From the IMG/VR virus record IMGVR_UViG_3300023174_000034: a DNA stretch of 64,000 bases. One strand, given 5' to 3'. Below, piece by piece: positions 57,808-64,000 of this stretch; within the stretch, counting starts at the first letter, position 1; every line of letters begins with the position of its first letter. The stretch comes from a virus. Its lineage: Duplodnaviria > Heunggongvirae > Uroviricota > Caudoviricetes. The notes below the pieces were generated by a model. That model made no database searches. It had not been told where the DNA came from and was given only the letters and a program-made list of their open reading frames with translations. The translations under genes and the position numbers were made by a program.

Positions 57808-58177
57808 TGTGTTCTTGCTCAGTTGGGACATGACTGGCCTAGAGTCTCTCATTGATCTCACAACCTTGGAAAAGCTACACGAGCAAGAAGAGAAAGTGCG
57901 TATGATGGCAATCCTTAGTGATCCAGATGCACGTGATCCAGGAGATCAAACAGGGTCTTTGCTGAACCAGATTGTGCAGAATATCCTGCTACGGGCTCGT
58001 GTTAACCAACAACGCCACTACGAAGTTTACACCATTCAAACCACCCCAGGCATAACCGAAAAAGATCTGTGGGATATGTTCAACAACGATCCGCAGTACG
58101 CCGCTGAACTGATCCGAGAACGTGGTAATCAGCTGTACAGTGATCGTGTGAACAAGCGTACACAAGTAATTGTATGA
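57788..58177 (+). CDS. Hypothetical protein
   Basis: WD..GLE, LRAR.N.QRHYE.Y. Confidence 0.65.
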   Translation: MAKQKHNVFLLSWDMTGLESLIDLTTLEKLHEQEEKVRMMAILSDPDARDPGDQTGSLLNQIVQNILLRARVNQQRHYEVYTIQTTPGITEKDLWDMFNNDPQYAAELIRERGNQLYSDRVNKRTQVIV

Positions 58178-58710
58178 CGCCCGAAGAACTACGTGATGGC
58201 ATCTTTGCCCTGAACACTCGGCGCTTTGGTACTGTGGCCGAGATCATGGTCAAGAAGCTGAAAGGCCTGGGCAAGGCACAGAGCATGTTTCATGACTTGT
58301 TTGATGCCGCAGACAACCAGCGTGTGGAAGTGAAATTCAGCAGGGTTGGCCAGAACCTGGACCGGCTCACAGAGCACAATCTACTGGAATGCATACTCAA
58401 AGAACAAGGCACAGATCGTCGTGTGCGGTTTGCAGACTGGACCAATCATAAATTCCTGTGCAACATCCAGCAGGTCAAACGGTCAGAGTTTGAAGTGCTC
58501 TACTACGGCATGTTCTTTGATGACTGCATCAAGATCTTTCGCATTGAGCCCCAGGACATTGATGCCAGCATTGGCTACGGTGACAAACAGCACAAGGGCA
58601 ATGTGGGCGAAGGACAGTTCCATATCACAGAAAAGACCCTGCAGGTGCACCTGGATAGATTCTTAATACAAACGTTAACATATAGTGAATTGTTGATACT
58701 TTTGCAGTAG
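58174..58710 (+). CDS. Putative PD-(D/E)XK nuclease
   Basis: G..AE...HDL......RVEVKFS. Confidence 0.55.
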   Translation: MTPEELRDGIFALNTRRFGTVAEIMVKKLKGLGKAQSMFHDLFDAADNQRVEVKFSRVGQNLDRLTEHNLLECILKEQGTDRRVRFADWTNHKFLCNIQQVKRSEFEVLYYGMFFDDCIKIFRIEPQDIDASIGYGDKQHKGNVGEGQFHITEKTLQVHLDRFLIQTLTYSELLILLQ

Positions 58711-58849
58711 TGTTGTGTTTCTGTAACATTGTTCTTTGATTGCTACAATGCATTGACAGGAAATACCTTTTCCGCATACAATGGTCCAACCGTTGCAGAT
58801 TTGCATGGTTGGACACTGGATAAACATTATCAACATTTTGGAGTTTGAA

Positions 58850-59380
58850 ATGACTAACGATCTTACTGTATCTGTATTCGGCCACAAGTGGCTAAAAACT
58901 ACAATGACAGCGGGCGAGGTATTGTCTCATTTGAATAAACTGAATTTATTGCACTTAGGAAATCTTGGAGAACAGGCTCTTGAGAAAAAAGGTGTTAAAC
59001 TATGTGCTGTAAATGAACCTGGTATTGACACCACAAATGGTGTACAAATCAAAACGGCGCAAACACATCGACGTCAGTTAGATAAAGATCCTAACACGCT
59101 CAAGGCACATATTTCAGTAAAAAATGCGTGTGGACCAATTGCCGCGCAAGTGCTAGAGGAAACAACAGGCAAGACTTATTATTTCTGGATTCCAGAGGCA
59201 GTACATGAATATGTTCAGGCCAATACTTTCTGTATTCCATTTGAATCAAGCGGTGCGCCAAGAACCATACCTAAGAGAAATACTGGTATAAATCCAAATT
59301 GGTGGAACTACGAAATTAAAAATTATACAGAATTTTCTAAACTTGTAAAAGAACACAAGGCACGACATGGATCTAAATAG
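58850..59380 (+). CDS. Putative PD-(D/E)XK-like nuclease (AT-rich gene)
   Basis: G.LGE...PGID....QIKTA; own TTGACA promoter. Confidence 0.5.
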   Translation: MTNDLTVSVFGHKWLKTTMTAGEVLSHLNKLNLLHLGNLGEQALEKKGVKLCAVNEPGIDTTNGVQIKTAQTHRRQLDKDPNTLKAHISVKNACGPIAAQVLEETTGKTYYFWIPEAVHEYVQANTFCIPFESSGAPRTIPKRNTGINPNWWNYEIKNYTEFSKLVKEHKARHGSK

Positions 59381-59789
59381 ATTAAAACGATTTGACAAAG
59401 CCAAGCACGACCAATTGGAAGGTCTACTAGAGTGGTGCCAACTAATGGGCCTGACAGGCAAAGACCTGGTCAGCTTGGGTGGCCACATTGAACGTTCCCA
59501 GCAGGCCGCTGAGGCCAAGAGCAACCGCACACTTGCAGAAACTATCACGTTTGATACAGTAGGCGGCGATAGCGACATGAGCAACAAGTGGAGCTATCTC
59601 ACTCCCAATGGTCGCTACACATTCCAGGACGCCAGGTGGGGGCAGGTCACTGTGGTCAGCAACAAGACCAAGGTACGTAAAAGCTTCAGGACAGAAATGT
59701 ACCAGCTGGGTCGAATGCACTGGGGCAAGCGAGATCGCTTGCAGTGTGCCTTGAACATCATCAACGGCCGAATTGTGCTGGATTTTTAA
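59367..59789 (+). CDS. Hypothetical protein
   Basis: 140-aa ORF. Confidence 0.6.
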   Translation: MDLNRLKRFDKAKHDQLEGLLEWCQLMGLTGKDLVSLGGHIERSQQAAEAKSNRTLAETITFDTVGGDSDMSNKWSYLTPNGRYTFQDARWGQVTVVSNKTKVRKSFRTEMYQLGRMHWGKRDRLQCALNIINGRIVLDF

Positions 59790-59798
59790 GCAGAAAAG

Positions 59799-59822
59799 TG
59801 TTGCAGAAATGCAACATTTTTT
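59799..59822 (+). terminator. Intrinsic terminator
   Basis: TGTTGCA-GAAA-TGCAACA then TTTTTT. Confidence 0.7.
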
Positions 59823-59823
59823 C

Positions 59824-59854
59824 GGTTGACTAGAAATGCCCGTTTTGCTACAAT
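59824..59854 (+). promoter_or_regulatory. Early promoter (repeat family)
   Basis: GG-TTGACT-17-TACAAT; spacer AAATGCCCGTTTTG. Confidence 0.85.
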
Positions 59855-59860
59855 AATGGC

Positions 59861-60037
59861 ATGGTTAAAGAAATAAACGAATTTGAAGCAATGCTGGTGA
59901 TTGAGGATCTGCGTAAGCAGGGCATCACCCACTACACCATGCGCCCAGGCAACGACTGCATTTGGGTCAGTTTTGGTGTAGTAGATTTGTATTACATTTT
60001 TAACCATGGCAAGATTGTGGATATTCAGGTTGACTGA
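59861..60037 (+). CDS. Small early protein (58 aa, not in ORF track), probably leaderless
   Basis: MVKEINEFEAMLVIEDL...KIVDIQVD; ATG begins 7 nt after -10. Confidence 0.6.
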   Translation: MVKEINEFEAMLVIEDLRKQGITHYTMRPGNDCIWVSFGVVDLYYIFNHGKIVDIQVD

Positions 60038-60058
60038 AAATGCCCGTTTTGCTATACT
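60028..60058 (+). promoter_or_regulatory. Early promoter (repeat family)
   Basis: GG-TTGACT-17-TATACT; spacer AAATGCCCGTTTTG. Confidence 0.85.
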
Positions 60059-60089
60059 AGAGGCTAAGTTAAACAAAAAGGAGCTCAAG

Positions 60090-60371
60090 ATGTCATACGC
60101 AACCATTCAAGAAGTTAACACTTCTATCATGTTCAGCAACTTCACCAACGAACAACTGACCAGCATCAGCGATGCTGTGAACTATGCTCGTGCCCAGCTT
60201 CGTGCAACCAAAATCCGTCAGTTCACCAAAGGTGATGCAGTCAAGTTCCACAGCACCAAACGTGGTGTCACAATGACTGGTACCGTGAACAAGGTTGCTA
60301 TCAAATACGTCACAGTGGCCACACAACAAGGCCTGTGGAAGGTGCCTGCTAACATGTTGGAGGCAGTATGA
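60090..60371 (+). CDS. Early protein, SH3/KOW-like C-terminus
   Basis: AAGGAG SD; GD.V.F...G.V.KV..K...W.VP. Confidence 0.65.
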   Translation: MSYATIQEVNTSIMFSNFTNEQLTSISDAVNYARAQLRATKIRQFTKGDAVKFHSTKRGVTMTGTVNKVAIKYVTVATQQGLWKVPANMLEAV

Positions 60372-60520
60372 GCAAGAACGTTCGTGCCCTGAGCACCACC
60401 GAGCTCCGCAAGCAACTGGCTTTGTACCGTTCATTGAAGAGCCGTGGTGTGTATGATGAGATCATGATTTCGATCATGGAACATGAACTTGAAGCTCGTA
60501 AAGAACTGGAGGCCGCATAA
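60368..60520 (+). CDS. Small early protein (50 aa, not in ORF track)
   Basis: GGAGG SD; MSKNVRALSTTELRKQL. Confidence 0.65.
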   Translation: MSKNVRALSTTELRKQLALYRSLKSRGVYDEIMISIMEHELEARKELEAA

Positions 60521-60780
60521 TGAGATACGGTAACATGCCTTACAAATACCGAGTGGTCACCGAGGTGTCTTCCAAGGAAGATGCAGATGTTGACTTCTTG
60601 GGTCGACAAGTGTTGTTGACTACCAACAACTTTCAAACAGCTCGCAAAGAGTGCATTGAGTGGGCCGCTTATGATGACATCCTTGTGCATGTTATCAACC
60701 AGTTTGGCTCTAGTAAATTTTCCTGCGACGGTGCCAGCGAGGCTTACGATCGTTTTCCTAAAACAGCGGAGGCAGTATGA
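60520..60780 (+). CDS. Early hypothetical protein
   Basis: GGAGG SD; TAATG overlap. Confidence 0.65.
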   Translation: MRYGNMPYKYRVVTEVSSKEDADVDFLGRQVLLTTNNFQTARKECIEWAAYDDILVHVINQFGSSKFSCDGASEAYDRFPKTAEAV

Positions 60781-60914
60781 AAGTGGTGTATAATGCTATA
60801 CTAGGTGGTTGGTACATTGTGCGTGGCGCACATCAGACACCCATCTCGGGTCGCTTTGACAGCAAAGAATCCGCACTTGCACATCTGCGCCGTCGCAACC
60901 CATTACACGTTTGA
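60777..60914 (+). CDS. Small early protein (45 aa, not in ORF track)
   Basis: GGAGG SD; MKVVYNAILGGWYIVRGAHQTPISGRFDS. Confidence 0.65.
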   Translation: MKVVYNAILGGWYIVRGAHQTPISGRFDSKESALAHLRRRNPLHV

Positions 60915-60922
60915 GAAACACC

Positions 60923-61198
60923 ATGGCGAACATGTACCTAGATCCAACTTCATACTTTGACGAGAAGCACGTGAGAGGTGTGTTGGCCTTGCACCCTGCT
61001 GAATGTATATTTGAACTGGACGCACCCAGAAAGATTGCACAACGCCTGTCAAGTAAAACAGTGAGTTGGTGGACCAAACCAGAAAATGGCAAAGAATTCA
61101 GAGCGTGTTGGACAGCCAGCGAAATCTACTGCCCGCATGAGAACATTGACAGACTGGCCGAGTGTGGCGTACGAACATTAGATTGGGAGATGATATGA
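60923..61198 (+). CDS. Hypothetical protein
   Basis: ORF in packed early operon. Confidence 0.55.
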   Translation: MANMYLDPTSYFDEKHVRGVLALHPAECIFELDAPRKIAQRLSSKTVSWWTKPENGKEFRACWTASEIYCPHENIDRLAECGVRTLDWEMI

Positions 61199-61410
61199 AC
61201 GCATGGGTCTTGGTTATTGCAATGTCGGCTCCGTCCGGCGACTTCATTGGCAAGCGGGAAATAGAATTCAAAACCCACAAGGAATGCCAAGCAGTTCGAG
61301 CTCAGTTGCCGGTACTGAATTCACCGTTTGGTATAAAACATGAAGGAGTCTGTGTTACAATGGCTCATTGGACAGGCAAGAAAGTTGACAAAGGTGTAGC
61401 CCTTGATTAA
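61195..61410 (+). CDS. Small exported protein
   Basis: GGGAG SD; hydrophobic N-terminus; F....C...C. Confidence 0.55.
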   Translation: MNAWVLVIAMSAPSGDFIGKREIEFKTHKECQAVRAQLPVLNSPFGIKHEGVCVTMAHWTGKKVDKGVALD

Positions 61411-61627
61411 CAATGTGCTACAATGGACAGGTACTGCCTGCTTCATCACCATGTACTCTATAATGAGTTTCTTTCCACACTTGCATCCGTGGAACATTGT
61501 GATGGGCTGTGCCGGCGGTGCGCTGTTTTTTGTATGGAGTATTAGGGTAGCCAATCGCCCGCAACTGATTGTGAACTCAGTTGGTGTGTTGGTTTGTGTG
61601 GCAGGTTTAGTAAAAGCATGGAGTTGA
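61403..61627 (+). CDS. Small 3-TM membrane protein
   Basis: Hydrophobic; PWNI, W....N.PQ..VN. Confidence 0.55.
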   Translation: MINNVLQWTGTACFITMYSIMSFFPHLHPWNIVMGCAGGALFFVWSIRVANRPQLIVNSVGVLVCVAGLVKAWS

Positions 61628-61628
61628 T

Positions 61629-62024
61629 ATGGGACTAGATATGTATGCGTATGTGGCCAAGAAAAAAGGCCAAATGAGAGACTACTATGAAAGCTATGAC
61701 TACAAAACGGACTCTGGTCCTGTGGTCAAGCCACGTGAGATAGCCTACTGGCGCAAGCATCCTAACCTGCATGGTTGGATGCACCGTCTGTGGAACGAAA
61801 AAGGCCACTTAGGTGACTTCAACGGCGATGAGCTGGAGCTCACAACAGAAGATCTAGACAGACTAGAGTTTGTGGTGGAAAAAGGCAAGCTACCTGGAAC
61901 ATCAGGATTCTTTTTTGGCAACGATGCTGATGAACACTACAGGGCCGACGACTTGAAGTTTATCCAAGATGCCAGGGCTGAGCTTGCGGCAGGTAATCTA
62001 GTGTTTTACAATTCCAGCTGGTAA
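61629..62024 (+). CDS. Hypothetical phage protein
   Basis: MGLDMY, YWRKHPNLHGW, GFFFG, YNSSW. Confidence 0.75.
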   Translation: MGLDMYAYVAKKKGQMRDYYESYDYKTDSGPVVKPREIAYWRKHPNLHGWMHRLWNEKGHLGDFNGDELELTTEDLDRLEFVVEKGKLPGTSGFFFGNDADEHYRADDLKFIQDARAELAAGNLVFYNSSW

Positions 62025-62053
62025 CAATACCCTGGCTAGCGGTGTGGGTATTT

Positions 62054-62084
62054 GGTTGACTCGAAAGTCCGTTTTTGCTATACT
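62054..62084 (+). promoter_or_regulatory. Early promoter (repeat family)
   Basis: GG-TTGACT-17-TATACT; spacer AAAGTCCGTTTTTG. Confidence 0.8.
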
Positions 62085-62115
62085 ATGTATTCAATAGTAA
62101 AAAAGGAGCTTAAAA

Positions 62116-62400
62116 ATGCAATTCAATACTGCGCCCGCAAACACTCTGTTTGCCAAAGTAACTGTAAAAACAAAACCCTACAGTTCCGAGCCTGTTAGCA
62201 TACGCATCATTGCCGATGTGTTTGCCGATGTAACTTCAAACAAAGCCTTGTATTATACGGAGCTCCCTTTGCAAAACACCAGTCTCATGTGCATAGAATC
62301 TGCAATCTCAGATCTGCAAGCTCTTGCCAACGCCGACAACGTCAGCGTCAAAATGCAACCCAAAGTTCTCAAAGTGCTTGCAGATTTTGAGGTCGCATAA
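62116..62400 (+). CDS. Early hypothetical protein
   Basis: AAGGAG SD. Confidence 0.65.
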   Translation: MQFNTAPANTLFAKVTVKTKPYSSEPVSIRIIADVFADVTSNKALYYTELPLQNTSLMCIESAISDLQALANADNVSVKMQPKVLKVLADFEVA

Positions 62401-62423
62401 AAGCAACAAAGCAAAAAAAGTAT

Positions 62424-62452
62424 TTGACGGAAAAGACATTCCGTCTTATACT
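62424..62452 (+). promoter_or_regulatory. Sigma70 promoter with internal inverted repeat
   Basis: TTGACG-17-TATACT; GACGGAA-N6-TTCCGTC. Confidence 0.7.
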
Positions 62453-62495
62453 AAACACTCATTAAACAAATTTCTTTTTTTATCAGGAGTATTTT

Positions 62496-63617
62496 ATGGT
62501 CGCAAAGACAAGTGAAAATCGTACGATCACAGCAACAGAAGCTCGCAAAAGTATTCTGCGCTGTTTCAAGAAACAACGCCCAGTTTTTCTTTGGGGCCCT
62601 CCTGGTATCGGCAAGAGTGAACTGGTTGAAGGCATTACCAATGAGCTGGGTGGCTTCATGATTGATATGCGGTTGGGGCAATGCGAGCCCACTGACATCC
62701 GAGGCATTCCTTTTTACAACAAAGACCGAGGCGTGATGGATTGGGCGGCTCCAGTCGAACTGCCAGACGCAGAACTGGCCAGCCAGTATCCTATCATCGT
62801 CCTGTTCCTGGACGAGATGAACTCTGCGCCACCTGCTGTACAGAGTGCGGCATATCAGCTGATCTTGAACCGTCGTGTGGGCAAGTATGTGCTACCTAAG
62901 AACGTGGTAATGGTTGCCGCTGGTAACCGCGAAAGCGACAAGGGTGTGACCTTCCGCATGCCTACTCCGCTTGCAAACCGTTTTGTTCACCAAGAGATCC
63001 GTGTGGATCATGCCGCATGGGAGAACTGGGCTGTCAACCGCAAGATCCACAAAGACGTGGTAGGTTACATTGGCTTTGCCAAACAAGACTTGTTTGACTT
63101 TGATGCACGTTCAACCAGCCGTGCATTTGCTACTCCACGCTCTTGGAGCTTCGTAAGTGACTTCTGCGAAGATGACGACTGTACAGATGCAGAGTTGACC
63201 AACCTGATTGCAGGCACTGTGGGCGAAGGTATTGCCATCAAGTTCATGGCACACCGTAAGGTTGCTGGCAAAATGCCCAAGCCCGGCGATGTGTTGAGCG
63301 GCAAGGTTACTACACTGGACACCAAAGAAGTCAGTGCTCAGTACTCGCTTGCAGTCAGCCTGTGCTACAGTTTGCAAGAGGTCTACCAAAACTGCAAAGG
63401 TGACAAAGCAGAGTTGGACAAGTACCACCCAATGGCTGATAACTTCCTCAAGTACATGATGGATAATTTCAACACTGAGTTGGTTGTTATGGGTGCTCGT
63501 GTTGCACTTACCACCTACAACTTGCCACTGATTCCAAACAAGCTCAAACACTTTGATGAGTTCCACAAGCGTTTTGGCAAGTACATTTTGGCAGCAAGTG
63601 CCAAAGACAGCCGTTAA
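62496..63617 (+). CDS. MoxR-type AAA+ ATPase
   Basis: GPPGIGKS, LFLDEMN, AAGN, LANRF, TPRSW. Confidence 0.9.
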   Translation: MVAKTSENRTITATEARKSILRCFKKQRPVFLWGPPGIGKSELVEGITNELGGFMIDMRLGQCEPTDIRGIPFYNKDRGVMDWAAPVELPDAELASQYPIIVLFLDEMNSAPPAVQSAAYQLILNRRVGKYVLPKNVVMVAAGNRESDKGVTFRMPTPLANRFVHQEIRVDHAAWENWAVNRKIHKDVVGYIGFAKQDLFDFDARSTSRAFATPRSWSFVSDFCEDDDCTDAELTNLIAGTVGEGIAIKFMAHRKVAGKMPKPGDVLSGKVTTLDTKEVSAQYSLAVSLCYSLQEVYQNCKGDKAELDKYHPMADNFLKYMMDNFNTELVVMGARVALTTYNLPLIPNKLKHFDEFHKRFGKYILAASAKDSR

Positions 63618-63625
63618 ACGGTAAT

Positions 63626-63662
63626 GGATGGGTTTGACAACAAACCCATCCTGTCTTATAAT
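63626..63662 (+). promoter_or_regulatory. Consensus sigma70 promoter with -35 inside an 11-bp hairpin
   Basis: GGATGGGTTTG-ACAA-CAAACCCATCC; TTGACA(63634)-17-TATAAT. Confidence 0.75.
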
Positions 63663-63685
63663 TATTGCATACACAAGGAGCCCGA

Positions 63686-64000
63686 ATGTCTACTGCAAAA
63701 ACAACTACCTTAAACGAAAAAGTTAAAAAGAAAGACTTGCCTGTTATTGAGTTTGATCAAAAGCGAGACAATGCTGTTCGCGAAAAACTCATTACTGCAC
63801 GTATTTCACTCTTGCTCAAGGCACCGTTCTTTGGCAATCTAGCCACCCGCATGAAGTTGATCAACGCCGATGACTGGTGTCCTACTGCGGCTACAGATGG
63901 TCGTAATTTTTACTACAATACCCTGTTCGTCGAGAAGCTTCCGCCCAAGCAGTTGGAATTCTTGGTTGGGCATGAAGTGCTTCATGCTGTATACGACCAT
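63686..64000 (+). CDS. Metallopeptidase/VWA partner of MoxR ATPase (DUF2201-like), 3'-truncated
   Basis: AAGGAG SD; PFFG, TAATDG, HEVLH (HExxH). Confidence 0.8.
   Translation, partial: MSTAKTTTLNEKVKKKDLPVIEFDQKRDNAVREKLITARISLLLKAPFFGNLATRMKLINADDWCPTAATDGRNFYYNTLFVEKLPPKQLEFLVGHEVLHAVYDH

Noticed and set aside
1-64000. Bacterial chromosome (because of dnaK, clpA, folE, galE, rpoZ)
   Set aside because: PolB, gp44/45-like genes, T4 RNase H, lysis cassette, TAAATA promoters and many tiny ORFs indicate a phage
1-64000. Stop-codon reassignment
   Set aside because: Conserved genes are intact in the standard code, and TAA, TAG and TGA all end genes at tight junctions

Overview
This window is a gene-dense, almost entirely + strand segment of a large T4-like (jumbo-type) tailed phage genome. 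It uses the standard genetic code; I saw no tRNA, CRISPR array or IS. The DnaK resembles betaproteobacterial DnaKs, which weakly hints at the host. Contents in order: end of a tail-fibre gene; MazG, Hc1-like, a short DnaE fragment, GroES, clamp loader and radical SAM genes; a small early-gene island; DnaK, HAD and PhoH; a lysis cassette (GH19 endolysin, spanins, holin); DnaJ and ClpA; putative head-packaged proteins including a 1017-aa modular protein; Dps and a fatty-acid desaturase; family B DNA polymerase, sliding clamp and RNA polymerase omega. From 37.4 to 51.6 kb lies a 7-deazaguanine DNA-modification locus (TGT/DpdA-like, DpdL-like T-fold, FolE, two QueD, QueE, no QueC in the window) interleaved with a glycosyltransferase, GalE, an RfaD-like epimerase, a cytidylyltransferase, a phosphoribosyltransferase and HIT. 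Then RNase H, small genes, two PD-(D/E)XK-like nucleases, early genes, and a MoxR ATPase/metallopeptidase pair. Main leads: (1) a possibly sugar-decorated deazaguanine hypermodification; (2) a shared motif UCAUCC(A)CG(A)CUAU..AACUC with preQ1-I-like pseudoknot potential in the folE and queD leaders, a candidate phage riboswitch; (3) a likely protease-processed virion polyprotein. All product calls come from motif recognition by eye; no database searches were run.
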